Shown: positions 12,799 through 26,181, numbered from the stretch's first letter. The stretch is DNA of 64,000 nucleotides from Octopus sinensis (GCF_006345805.1 NC_043019.1:12027360-12091359); one strand, 5' to 3'. Made by a program: numbers and translations. Notes: generated from the letters alone by a model not told the origin.

Positions 12799-12829
<31 letters not shown>

Positions 12830-12923
12830 TTCTGTGACATTGTCAGCAAATTTCCTTTTAAAACACATGATTCATGCTGTTCTATTTTATTTGCGTAGTA
12901 ATTCATTAATTTAGTTTTTAAAA

Positions 12924-12960
<37 letters not shown>

Positions 12961-13693
12961 ACACTTATTGCTTCTTTTTCCTCCCCCACCTCTTCCCCCT
13001 CCTCTTTCTCTTCTTCCTCCTACCTCTCTCTCTCTCTCTCTCTCTCCTCTTTCGTTTGTCTCTCTCACCACCATCTCTCTCTCTCTCACTCACTCACTCC
13101 TCTTTACTCTGAGATTTTCTCCTTCACTTTTTCTCCTCCTCCTCCTCCTCATCCCCTGCTCCCATTTGCTGTGTCGCTTCTTCTTCTTCTTCTTCTTCCA
13201 CCTCCTCCTCCTCCTCCTCCTCTCTCTCCTCTATCTCATCTGCCAACAGATGTTGCTCTGTTCTATTATTCTCCCCTCCCCCCCGCTCCCTCACTCCTTC
13301 ATCCTCTCGTTTCACACTGGTGTCTGTCTCTTCTCACTTCAACTCTCCTGGCACATCATCACCTCCAGATAGAGATAGCTGGAGATATTTACTCTACAGC
13401 CAGCCGCCTGCCTACTTCTTTGATATCTGTTACAAGAGTTTGGTTGTTGGCGCTTGAGCAACTGGAATATATGCTCCTTTGTGAATATAGATCTCTTAAA
13501 CACACATGCACACATACACACATACACAGAGACACAACACATACAGATATACACAGATATATCATTATTCTGTATATGTATGTTATACAGCAGTGGGAGT
13601 TTAACACGGATACTATTTTGAGCTGCAATCAATGGTACAATTGTTGTGCACCTAATGTATCCATTTTCACTTATAGGTATATATATATATATA

Positions 13694-13932
13694 AGAGACC
13701 TGCATGGGGTGGAGGCAGATGTCTTTAAAATAAAACTGGATCTCTTCTTGTCAGGTGTCCCAGATGGACCAACTTCACGGCAGGAGGTGCAGATGAGGGC
13801 AGCTGCATCGAACTCTCTCATGCACCAAATGGCAGTTGCTAAAAAGCATTCGTGAAGTAAAATCATGTAGCAACACCAAATGGTGGTGCCCCAGCATGGC
13901 CACAGATTGTGAGCTGAAACTAGATAAAAATA
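13694..13932 (+). mobile_element. LINE 3' end (CR1/L2-group-like) whose tail resembles the SINE A tail
   Basis: RDLHGVEADVFKIKLDLFLSGVPDGPT...NSLMHQM, then ggtgccccagcatggccacag...ctgaaactagataaaa. Confidence 0.65.
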
Positions 13933-13956
13933 AAATATAATAATAATTATATATAT

Positions 13957-14352
13957 ACTCTTTTACTCTCTCTTTTACTTGTTTCAGTCATTTGACTGCG
14001 GCCATGCTGGAGCACCGCCTTTAGTCGAGGAAATCGACCCCCAGGACTTATTCTTTGTAAGCCTACTACTTATTCTATCGGTCTCTTATGCCGAACCGCT
14101 AAGTTACAGGGGCGTAAACACACCAGCATCGGTTGTCAAGCGATGTTGGGGGGACAAACACAGACATACAAACACATACATATATATATATACATATATA
14201 CGACGGGCTTCTTTCAGTTTCCGTCTACCAAATCCACTCACAAGGCATTGGTCGGCCCGAGGCTTTAGTATAAGACACTTGCCCAAGGTGCCACGCAGTG
14301 GGACTGAACCCGGAACCATGTGGTTGGTAAGCAAGCTACTTACCACACAGCC
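13957..14352 (-). mobile_element. SINE family A, near full length
   Basis: Reverse complement of the 7300 element. Confidence 0.9.
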
Positions 14353-14799
14353 ACACACACACACACACACATACACACACACGCACACTCATATATACAT
14401 TTATCTTTTACTTGTTTCAGTCATTAGACTGTGACCATGCTGGGGCACCACCTTGAATTTTTAGTCGAATGGATCACACCCCAGAACTTAATTTTATTAA
14501 CCCCACTACTTACTTTATCAGACACCTTTGTTGAACTACTAAGTTACACATACACACACACGCACACACTCACACACGCACCACTCACACACGCACACAC
14601 TCACACAATGGGCTTCTTTCAGTTTCTTTCTCCCAAATTCACTCACAAGGCTTTGGTTGGCCCAAAGCTAAAGAAGACACTCTTGATGTCACTCAATGGG
14701 ACTGAACCTGGAACCAATTGGTTGGGTAGCAAGCCTCTTACCACACAGCCAGGCTTGTGTATATACACATGCATGCATAAACATATATATCTACATACA

Positions 14800-15225
14800 C
14801 ATACACTGGTAATGATCACATTTGAATGGTGCTTTTTACGTGCCACCGACACGGTGCCAGTCATTGAATTTGTGAATTTGATTTGATTTCGATTTCAATT
14901 GCCTCAACAGATCTTCGCAAGCAGAGTTTAGTGTCCAGTGAAGGAAAGGTATGCATAAGTGGGCTGGTTACACCTCTGGCACAGGCCACGGTTTATGGTC
15001 TCACTTGGCTTGCCAGGTCTTCTCACGCACTGCATATTTCCAAAGATCCCAGTCACTAGACATTGCCTCTGTGAGGCCTAATGTTCGAAGGTTGTGCTTC
15101 ACCACCTCATCCCAGGTCTTTCTGGGTCAACCTCTCCCACAGGTTCCCTCAACCGCTAGGGTGTGGCACTTTTTCACGCAGCTATCCACATCCATTCTTT
15201 CCACATACCCATACCAGCATGTATG
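14800..15225 (-). mobile_element. RTE LINE fragment of the same family as 9749-11335
   Basis: Similar to about 10420-10780 (ggtatgca...ggccacgg...ggttccctcaac.gctagggtgt). Confidence 0.7.
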
Positions 15226-15407
15226 TATATATATATACAGTGGGCTTCTTTCAGCTTCCATCTACCAAATCCACTCAAGGCTTTGGTTGGCCCAAGGCTA
15301 CAGTAGAAGACACTTGCCCAAGGTGCCATGCAGTGGGACTGAACCCAGAACCACGTGGTTGATAAGCAAGCTTCTTAGCACACAGCCATGCCTGTGCCTA
15401 TATGCGC

Positions 15408-15812
15408 ATGGCAGAATCGTTAGCACGCCGGGCGAAATGCGTAGCCGTATTTCGTCTGCCATTACGTTCTGAGTTCAAATTCCGCCGAGGTCGACTTTGC
15501 CTTTCATCCTTTCGGGGTCGATTAAATAAATACCAGTTACGCACTGGGGTCGATGTAATCGACTTAATCCGTTTGTTTGTCCTAGTTTGTCCTGTCTGTC
15601 TTTAGCCCCTTGTGGGTAATAAAGAAATAGGTATTTCGTCTGCCATTACGTTCTGAGTTCAAATTCCGCCGAGGTCGACTTTGCCTTTCATCCTTTCGGG
15701 GTCGATTAAATAAGTACCAGTTACGCACTGGGGTCGATGTAATCGACTTAATCCGTTTGTCTGTCCTAGTTTCTCCTGTCTGTGTTTAGCCCCTTGTGGG
15801 TAGTAAAGAAAT
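15408..15812 (+). mobile_element. tRNA-derived SINE family B with duplicated 3' part
   Basis: B box ttctgagttcaaattcc, body gtcgactttgcctttcatcctttcggggtcga present twice; other copies at 31864-32096, 38299-38712, 43876-44105 (-), 51099-51329 (-), 56923-57338, 61948-62145. Confidence 0.88.
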
Positions 15813-17151
15813 ATATTATCCCCACTTATATTTATGTATGTGTGTGTGTGTCCCCATGCGTGTGTGCGTGTGTATTAGTGCATTGTAAATCTGTGTCAAG
15901 GTTGACAGATTCAAAAAAAATTGGGACCCCTTGCTTTTGTACAGTCACACATTTGTGAGAAGTTTTCTGAACTTTGTGTGACAATAAACAACATCAACAG
16001 CAACGACAACAACAACAGCAACACTTGTAAAAAGGCATCGTGTATCTAACGGATGATGTCACTTGAGCTACTTCATATAGTTATTTATCAGCATCACTAC
16101 CACCACAATCACCACGACCACCACCACCAACAATAACGACAACAACAGCAACACCAAAGCACTTACTGCTACTACCATCAAAACCATAGCACGACTGAAG
16201 CCATCACCACCAGCACTACTACCACCAGCACCACTACCACCATCACCACCTCCACCACCACTATTGCCACCACCAAAACCACCATCATCGTCCTCACCAA
16301 AACCACCACCATCGCAACCACCAACAGCCTCAATACAAAAACAACTACCACCACCACCTCCACCACCACCAAAACCACTATCATCATCCCCACCATTGCA
16401 ACCACTAACAGCCTCAATACAAAAACAGCGACCACCACCACCATCACTCCTGCCACCACCATGATCACCATCATGAAACCACTACCAACAACACAAGGAT
16501 GTCTAGACAAGTTAAGGAACCTCTATATGGTTGCTCCAGCTGCTAGAAATACCAACCAAATATATCTCAAGTGACATCCATCCACCTTTAAAAAATGGAC
16601 ATATTGCCTAGTGTACTCCAAGAAAATGTTTTGCAATTTTCATGGTTGGAATGTGTTTGATGATAGTTCTGTCCAGCCAAAGCCAACTTGGGGTTAAAGA
16701 AGCAGAACAGACATAGCAGCTAATTCCCAGTTTGCTATTGCTTTCAGAGAAAAGTGTAGGAAGGTCACATTGGATAATGAGTCTTGCTATAGTTACCTAT
16801 AGCTTTAGTAGAATATTGTTTCCCAAGGTGTTGTGCAGTGGGACTGAACCCAAGATCAAATGGTTAGGAAGCAAGCTTCTCACCTGTACATCCACACCTG
16901 TGCTGATTATATATATGAGAAAAAAAAGTCAAGCTGATTATGGATGTAATGTGTAAGACTACAGGAACGGTCTCACAGACAGGGTCTCCCTCATGCTTTC
17001 TTTTTTATGTCTTTTAGTTTTCACTTGTTTCAATCATTAGACTGTGGCCATGCTTGAGCACCACCTTGAAGGGCTTTAGTCAAAGGAATCAACCCTAGCA
17101 CTTAATTTTCTTTTTCTTTAAGCCTGATTCATTTATTCATTCATTTATTCA

Positions 17152-17634
17152 TTTACTTGTATCAGTCATTTGACTGTGACCATGCTGGAGCACCACCTTT
17201 AGTCGAGCAGTTGTCCACAGGCCCTATGGGTTTAGGGGGCCTCTATGTTTAAACTATGTATGCTGAAGTTTGCTTCCAATAAATATATGCCCCTGTGTCT
17301 TGTTTTGCCCAGGGGCCCATAAGACTTATTCTTTGTAAGCCTAGTACTTATTCTATCGGTCTCTTTTGCTGAACCGCTAAGTTACGGGGACATAAACACA
17401 CCAGCATCGGTTGTCAAGCGATGTTGGGGGAGGGGGGCAAACGCAACACACAAACATACACATATATATATACATATATACGACGGGCTTCTTTCAGTTT
17501 CCGTCTACCAAATCCACTCACAAGGCTTTGGTCGACCCGAGGCTATAGCAAAAGATACTTGCCCAAGGTGCCACGCAGTGGGACTGAACCCAGAACCATG
17601 TGGTTCGTAAGCAAGCTACTTACCACACAGCCAC
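17152..17634 (-). mobile_element. SINE family A carrying a 113-bp foreign insert (17210-17322)
   Basis: SINE sequence stops after gtcgagca and resumes at gacttattc. Confidence 0.85.
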
Positions 17635-17871
17635 TAAACTGCTAAGTTATGGTGGTATACATACACTATCACTAGTTTTCAGTTGGTGGGGTGGGGGACT
17701 AAGACACACAGTTCAAATGTACAGAAAACAAAAGACAAAGACAGGTGAGAGAATAATGAGCAGGTGTATTACTTTGACGTTTGTGAAGAATGGAAAAATT
17801 TGACATTTTGGGCCTATGCTCTTTGACAGAAATGAATGAGAGGAAAAAAATGGAGAGAGAGAGAGAAAAAA

Positions 17872-19490
17872 TGTGTTGGGATTAAGTTTCACATGATGAA
17901 ATGATTCATTGGGCTTCTTTCAGTTTCTGTCTACCAAATCCACTCACAAGGCTTTGGTTGACCTAAGGCTAAAGTGGAAAGCAGTGAGCAGTTGTCCACA
18001 GGCCCTATGGGTTTAGGGGGTCTCTATGCTTACACTATGTATGCTGAAGTTTGCTTCCAATAAATATATGCCCCTGTGTTGGGATTAAGTTTCACATGAT
18101 GAAATGATTCAACGGGCTTCTTTCAGTTTCTGTCTAACAAATCCACTCACAAGGCTTTGGTTGACCAAGGCTAAAGTGGAAGACATTGAGCGTTGGCCAC
18201 AGGCCCTATGGGTTTAGGGGGTCTCTATACTTAAACTATGTATGCTGAAGTTTGCTTCCAATAAATATATGCCCCTGTGTTGGGATTAAGTTTCACATGA
18301 TGAAATGAGTCAACGGGCTTCTTTCAGTTTCTGTCTAACAAATCCACTCACAAGGCTTTGGTTGACCCAAGGCTAAAGTGGAAGACATTGAGCAGTTGGC
18401 CACAGGCCCTATGGGTTTAGGGGGTCTCTATACTTAAACTATGTATGCTGAAGTTTGCTTCCAATAAATATATGCCCCTGTGTTGGGATTAAGTTTCACA
18501 TGATGAAATGAGTCAACGGGCTTCTTTCAGTTTCTGTCTAACAAATCCACTCACAAGGCTTTGGTTGACCCAAGGCTAAAGTGGAAGGCAGTGAGCAGTT
18601 GTCCACAGGCCCTATGGGTTTAAGGGGCCTCTATGCTTAAACTATGTATGCTGAAGTTTGCTTCCAATAAATATATGCCCCTGTGTTGGGATTAAGTTTC
18701 ACATGATGAAATGAGTCAACAGGCTTCTTTCAGTTTCTGTCTAACAAATGCACTCACAAGGCTTTGGTTGACCCAAGGCTAAAGTGAAAGGCAGTGAGCA
18801 GTTGGCCACAGGCCCTATGGGTTTAGGGGCCTCTATGCTTACACTATGTATGCTGAAGTTTGCTTCCAATAAATATATGCCCCTGTGTTGGGATTAAGTT
18901 TCACATGATGAAATGGGTCAACGGGCTTCTTTCAGTTTCTGTCTAACAAATCCACTCACAAGGCTTTGGTTGACCCAGGGCTAAAGTGGAAAACATTGAG
19001 CAGTTGTCCACAGGCCCTATGGGTTTAGGGGGTCTCTATGCTTACGCTATGTATGCTGAAGTTTACTTCCAATAAATATATGCCCCTGTGTTGGGATTAA
19101 GTTTCACATGATGAAATGAGTCAATGGGCTTCTTTCAGTTTCTGTCTAACAAATCCACTCACAAGGCTTTGGTTGACTCAAGGCTAAAGTGGACGACAGT
19201 GAGCAGTTGTCCACAGGCCCTATGGGTTTAGGGGGTCTCTATGCTTACACTATGTATGTTGAAGTTTGCTTCCAATAAATATATGCCCCTGTGTTGGGAT
19301 TAAGTTTTCACATATGAAATGAGTCACGGCTTCTTTCAGTTTCTGTCTTCCAAATCCACCCACAAGGCTTGGTTGACCCAGGCTAAAGTGGAAGACAGTG
19401 AGCAGTTGTCCACAGGCCCTATGGGTTTAAGGGGCCTCTATGCTTAAACTATGTATGCTGAAGTTTGCTTCCAATAAATATATGCCCCTG
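17872..19490. repeat. Composite tandem satellite, about 203-bp unit x 8
   Basis: gtgttgggattaag recurs with spacings of 203, 201, 203, 203, 202, 203, 203; the unit joins a SINE A fragment to a non-SINE segment. Confidence 0.95.
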
Positions 19491-19896
19491 GGCATATTTT
19501 GCCTAGGGGGCCATAAAACTTTCGAGATTGCTCTGTACCTCATAGAACTGAAAACTTCTAAAACTATACCTACATAACTGGATCCAGCAGAGGAAGTGGT
19601 GAGAGGAAGAGGCTAAATAATCTAGAGTCATACTGCACACTCCTTTTTTGCCTTTTTTTAAAACATTTTCTTTTGTTTTATGCGTTTATTTATTCCTGTA
19701 TCTTTTGTATTTTTGTTTAGTTGTGGTGGTGTTGTTGATGTTGTTATACTTGTCCGTAGTGACTCAGAGGTGACATGTTCAAGGTTTAGCAGTTCCTGTG
19801 CTTTTGTCTGAGACAATACCATAGACAAGAGCTTCCTACTTGAAAAACAAAAAAAATGTTAATGAGTGAAGTCTTGTGACATAAATACACTCATGG

Positions 19897-19931
<35 letters not shown>

Positions 19932-20033
19932 CATACATATATACACATACACACACACACATATACATACATACACACATATATATACACACATGTATAT
20001 ACAGCACACGCATGCACATACTTGTACACAAGC

Positions 20034-20103
<70 letters not shown>

Positions 20104-20200
20104 CATACACACACACACATATATCTATATAATAGATATAGATGTTCGGTGATTTTTTTTCCTCTATTCTCATTTCCTCTTGTACTTCCCTCTGTCTCCT

Positions 20201-20235
20201 GTTTCTGATGAAGAGCTTTGCTCAAAACATAAAAC
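20201..20235 (+). ncRNA. Decayed minimal hammerhead motif
   Basis: GTTT CTGATGA A GAGC TTT GCTC AAAA CA T A AAAC; GAAA and CG replaced by AAAA and CA. Confidence 0.5.
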
Positions 20236-20495
20236 ATAATCAAGATCAACACTCGAAGACCAAATAGATACATATATTCATATATTCTTCCACATTTACA
20301 AAACGGATGTATAAATTCAAGATATAAAGATATATATAAATAGATATAAGTCGGTGTTATACACAAAACACAGTGAATTTACATTTTAAAAGTTATAAAA
20401 TATTGGTATAATTAAAAATTTAGGATGATGAAACGTTAAAAGGACGTATTAAAAACCTCCGAAAAATAACACAAAAATTAAAAAATTTAGAGTTC

Positions 20496-20577
20496 CATCT
20501 ACAGGTTGTTTCAGAGATGTGCCAAGTAATATGATATATTTTATATTATCAAAACTGACACTCCCCTCATCAGGATG
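20496..20577 (-). ncRNA. Type-I hammerhead ribozyme with complete core
   Basis: Minus strand: CATC CTGATGA GGGGAGTGTC...GGCACATCTCT GAA ACA ACC TGT A GATG; stems I, II and III all pair. Confidence 0.75.
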
Positions 20578-22058
20578 TTTTTTACACTCACTATTCAAAA
20601 ACAAATACAAAAATACTAATATACAATTACATACCATAATTATATACCATTTGTAATTTGGAGCATAACTGACTTGACTTCTCTTTCTAGAGTTCTTAAC
20701 TACTGCTTTGATCTGAGAAAATGTGCCTATTAAAACAGCTGTTGTATGCCTTACAAGAAAACTAAACATTCATATTGCTGTCATCAGTGGAACTCTTTAT
20801 AAACTAATTTTAAGTCATTCATTGTTAACAGTGTTTCATAATTTTTACTGAAACTTCATTGAAATTCTGCTGGAATTTCAAATGACAGTAAGGGAATCTA
20901 CACTTGTCTAAGTTGTTCATTCAGCTGTAACCAAACCATCAAATGACAAGAATGAACTTTATAATACATTATCCATTGGCAATCCAGAAAAGTCAGCTTG
21001 CCTTATCTCTCCTGGATGTTCCATCATTTAAATTGATAATTTCTGAAGTTATTATTTATGCGCCCTTTTCAGACCTAGCCAGGCTCATGGGCCCGATTTC
21101 CCGGTTTCTATGGCGTATGTTTTCCCTCCAGCTGGACAGGATGCCAGTCCACTGCAGCGTTACTCAAGGAGCAGGAACAAAGAGTGAGAGAAAGTTGGGG
21201 CGAAAGAGTACTAGAGGGGTCGCCACCACCACCTGCTGGAGCCCCGTGGAGCTTTTAGGTGTTTTTGCTCAATAAACACACACAACACCCGGTCTGGGAA
21301 TCGAAATCGTGATCCTCTGACTGTGAGTCCGCTGCCCTAACCACTGGGCCATTGCACCTCCAATTTCTGAAGTGTCAGGGCAATATCTCCCTCAAATCGA
21401 ATTAGTGTACTTAGTGCAAATCAGCTTGGTGGCTGTTTGCCAGCTCCGTCTGGCACCTGTGCGGGTGGCACGTAAAAAGCACCCACTACACTCACAGAGT
21501 GGTTGGCGTTAGGAAGGGCATCCAGCCGTAGAAACACTGCCAGATCAGACTGGGCCTGGTGCAGCCTTCTGGCTTCCCAGACCCCAGTCGAACCATCCAA
21601 CCCATGCTAGCATGGAAAGCGGACGCTAAACGATGATGATGATGATGATGATGATGAAATCAGCTTGGTAGTGGTGGTGGCAACCATTTCCAAGGTATAA
21701 ACCAGACAAGGAAGGAGTTAAACTCAGCATTGTGACAGGCTGTTGATGTTATTCAATCCTAGGTCAGCTTTGTTCAAACAAACTTGATACCTATTGCAGC
21801 TGTTACATAATGTTGTCTTCTTTTTTTAGTTCCTGATTTGATTTTAACTTTTCTGAAGTGGCAAAGTGTGATTATGAGAGAGATTTATCTGCTATTTCTA
21901 ACAAGTTGTAGAGATCCCCTCATTTAGCTGTTTCTGTGATGAGTTCAGTGGTGAACCTCACTACACAGGATAGGCTAATGAGAAAGCCTCTACATGGTTG
22001 TTTGACTTAATTAAAATAATAACCAAATCTCCCTCATATCACACCCTACCATTTTTAA

Positions 22059-22663
22059 CCTTTTCACTACACTCACAGAGTGGTTGGCGTTAGGAAGGGC
22101 ATCCAGCTGTAGAAACACTGCTAGATCAGACTGGGCCTGGTGCAGCCTTCTGGCTTCACAGACCCCAGTTGAACCGTCCAACCCATGCTAGCATGGAAAG
22201 CGGACGCTAAACGATGATGATGATGATGATGATTACCATATTTATTTTGAGATGCTCCGTGTTTCTTTCAATTACTTTAAATATAACAAAGAATTTAGTA
22301 AAATAACTTAGTTATCATTAAGCTAGTGTTAGGAATATAAATTGTGCGTAAGGTTTGGTGGAAGATTTTAATTAAAAACTTATGAAAACAAGACATTTGT
22401 ACTACAGAGCCAGAGCCGGTTTGGCCGGATTTCACATTAAGTAACACAGTTCTACAGGTTGGCCGTAACTGGAGTACTTTTGATCAAATATCTGCTTGGG
22501 TTGGCCAGGTTGACCCAAGGCTAAACAGCAACACCAACTGTGCCTGTTAAGAACATAAATTATGACTGAGGTTTAGTGGAAGATTTTAATTCAAAACTTA
22601 TGAAATCAAGACATTTGTACTACAGAGCCAGAGCCGGTTTTAGCCGGGTTGGTAACAAAAGGG
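22059..22663. mobile_element. piggyBac-type MITE interrupted by an RTE tail (about 22066-22232)
   Basis: TTAA-CCTTTT left end, GGTAACAAAAGGG-TTAA right end; a partial copy in opposite orientation lies at about 36960-37076. Confidence 0.7.
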
Positions 22664-24254
22664 TTAAATAAGTAAACATCACATTAAGTAACACAGTTCT
22701 ACAAGACAGGTTGGCCCTAACTGGAGTACTTTTGATCAAATATCTGCTTGAGTTGGTCAGGTTGACCCAAGGCTAAACAGTAACACCAACTGTGCTTCTT
22801 TACAGTAGGTGGACATTTCACATTGTATGGTGTTTAGAAACAATTATTGGACTCCATTTTCAACATTCCAATTCATTAGCTAGAGACTTGATGTATTTAC
22901 TAATTAGGGCAAAATATTTGCCTTTTTTGTGTGAAATATTTGTTAATTCAAGCAAGACTCGTTAGTATAAATATCTTAAAGAAAGTTGTGTATGAGTTAT
23001 CACTTTGACTATGTAATATTTTGCAGTCATTAATTTTTACTTAGCATAATTTATTAAAGCTCTGTTAAACAGGGCGTGTAAGAGAAACAAATTGAATAAA
23101 CTATATGTAGAGTTTTCTCTTTGAAAGAGAAATCCAAAGAAATCTCTGTTTGGTTTTGTTAACATGCAGAATGAATCCATTCAGCCATATCCTTTATATC
23201 AAGTTGTTATTTGGAAATATTGAAAGCTTAATTAACAGTCTAGATAATCAACAGAGCTTATAAAGGTTTATTTGATTTATTTATTTCTCCTTCTACCCCA
23301 CTTTCTATTTCTTTTGTTTTTCTTTTGTCTGTATGTCTGTCTGTGTGTCTGTCTGTGTGTCTCTCTTTCTCATTTGCTTTCACTGAATTTTTGCACTTTA
23401 GTCATTTATTCAGTGGTAACCTCTTGCAACACATTACACTCTTACTTCAGTGAAGATATCTTCGCTTTAGACTTGTCGTAAAGAATTTTTTGCTGCCAGT
23501 CAGGAGAGAAGTCACGCTGTTTTACTTTAGAAACCCACGTCATCTTATAAACGGTAAGGTATTTGATTCCTTACTTTGGCACAATCCTGCAGATTTCTGT
23601 TAAAGGAAGAAGGTTGGGGGTTGTGTTATGTTTGAGCCTTTTTCCTACAACATTCATAACCAAAATTGAAGTGAATCGGTTTCAGATCAGAATAATTACC
23701 AAGTCACAGACATTGTTTACTGGAAGTTTATTTAAATTATTTAAAAAATTTTTGTTTATATGTATATATATATATATATTTTCATTAGAGGTGGATGAGT
23801 AGTACCCATTGTCTTCCTTGGCTTTCATAAATTGAAGAAGTCTCCCTTGACCACATGTGGCCTGAACTCTTTACATGAACACCACCCTGTACATAACTCC
23901 ATGTCCCCCTACATGGCCTTGCTTTTTGCTTTTTGAGCCAAAAATTAACTAACTAAGTAAGTAGGGATAAATGATGTTAATACAGTTGTTGTTGGTGTTG
24001 TCTGTGTTTTTGTGTAGCCTCAGCCAGATCTGACTGAACAGACCTTGCCTGTCATAAAATGAAGAAGTAGAGATAAACTGGTGTTTCAGTATAGTTGTTG
24101 TCAGTTGGTATTTTTGTATAACTTTGGGTCAGGTCTCACTGAAGAGACCTTTGGCGAGGAGATATTCAGTCACCAGACTGTCATCCGAATACATTGTGCT
24201 TTTACTTTACCCTGCATTCATATCTAAATTAACTATTACTTAACTATTACTTAA

Positions 24255-24660
24255 CTGGCTTCTGTGCCGGTGGCACATAAAAAGCACCATCCGAACATGG
24301 CCCATGCCAGCCCTGCCTCGACTGGCTTCTGTGCCAGTGGCACATAAAAAGCACCATCCGAACGTGGCCAATGCCAGCACTGCCTTGACTGGCTTCTGTG
24401 CCGGTGGCACATAAAAAGCACCAACCGATCGTGGCCGATGCCAGACCCCTCTGGCACCTGTGCAGGTGGCACGTAAAAAGCACCCACTACACTCGCGGAG
24501 TGGTTGGCGTTAGGAAGGGCATCCAGCTGTAGAAACACTGCCAGATCAGACTGGAGCCTGGTGCAGCCCCTGGCTCCCCAGACCCCGGTCGAACCGTCCA
24601 ACCCGTGCTAGCGCGGAAAACGGACGTTAAACGATGACGATGATGATGATGATGATGATG
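24255..24660 (+). mobile_element. Short 5'-truncated RTE 3'-end copy (representative)
   Basis: ggatgcccttcctaacgccaaccact motif (on the minus strand) and (TGA)n tail; further copies at about 21420, 22066, 25050, 28186, 31405, 33975, 46500, 48363 (-), 53170, 54008 (-), 54770 (-), 60134 (-). Confidence 0.85.
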
Positions 24661-25933
24661 ATATTCTCTCATACCATCTCCGAAGAAGGGATATGATAAA
24701 TATCCTGGAAACAGCTGTAAGACCTTCTATCTATAAATGTTCTATAATCTGCTCAGCCTTGGTTTTTTTTTATCTCATTACGAAAAAAAATTTATATATA
24801 AGTAGTTGTGTAAAGCCAGAACAATGTGAGCAGGTACAAAGTGAAAAGAAAACAGAGCAAAGTTGTAGTTTTACCTTGCGTTTCTATATTTTGGGGAGAA
24901 ATTTTTCCAACACTTTCACACACGTACATACATGTGCATGCACCCATGCATATGTGGATATACATACATACATACACACATACACACATACATGTATATG
25001 AGTCAAGTACATCAACATCAAAATAAATATCAAATGGAAATTGTAGTTGTGATACCTGTGCCGGTGGCACGTAAAAAGCACCATCTGAATGTGGCCGATG
25101 CCTGCGCCGCCTTGACTGGCTTCTGTGTCGGTGGCACATAAAAAGCACCACCAGCCGATCGTGGTTGCTGCCAGCCTCCCCTGGCACCTGTGCTGGTGGA
25201 ATGTAAAAAGCACCCACTACACTCACGGAGTGGTTGGCGTTAGGAAGGGCATCCAGCTGTAGAAACACTGCCAGATCAGACTGGAGCCTGGTGCAGCCTC
25301 CTGGCTTTCCAGACCCCGGTCGAACTGTCCAACCCATGCTAGCTTGGGAAACAGGCATTAAACGATGATGATGATGATGATATATTGTTATGCTAGGTGC
25401 GCTTTCCATACTTGAATGGATGGGACATATTATTTCTGCTCTCCTTGATCTATCATGCTCAGATCTTTTATTTTCAGTTTGCTCTCCTAATGCCAACCAC
25501 CTCCCAGATACAGTGTATACTAGGTACAATTTGAAGTGGGGGAAAAAAAAACGAAAATTGACTGCTTTTTCTAGCATGTCAGTTGACTATGTAGAGGTTC
25601 CCTTGTTGGTATAACCTTATCAGATCTTAATTAACAAGGGAATGGTTAGAACCATGCATGTTTTCATGGTGAGACATTTGTTCCTATGTCAGTCAGTAGT
25701 ATCCAGAAATAAACCATTTTGGTGGTGGTGGTGGTGGCAGTTGCGGGGGGGGGGGGAGATTTTGGTTGTGGTGGTGGTGGTGGTGATGGGGTGGGCGAGG
25801 AAGGCGGGAGAGGTGGCAAAATTTGGCAATCAGATAGGCTTGGTTGTTTCAACGAAATGCGGGCTGAAGATTAAAGATCAGCATTATATCCATACGTATA
25901 TATATATAAATATACATATGTAATTATATATAT

Positions 25934-25976
<43 letters not shown>

Positions 25977-26143
25977 TAGACACACACACGCACACACGCA
26001 GATATTTACATGTGTATTTACTTATTTATATGTGGTATGATACTGATCTTTAATCTTCAGCCTAAATTTATTTTAAGTTATCAAATTCACAGTGCAAAAA
26101 TGTGTCAAAAGCCTCTGTTGGCTTATACATGCACGCATGCACA

Positions 26144-26181
<38 letters not shown>

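Noticed and set aside
17872-19490. Retrozyme (hammerhead-bearing tandem repeat)
   Set aside because: No CTGANGA...GAAA core on either strand of the unit; catgatgaaa is only superficially similar
23471-23553. Possible non-coding 5' exon of GGPS1 (AAACG/GTAAGG donor)
   Set aside because: Good donor, but nothing else in the sequence supports it; needs RNA data
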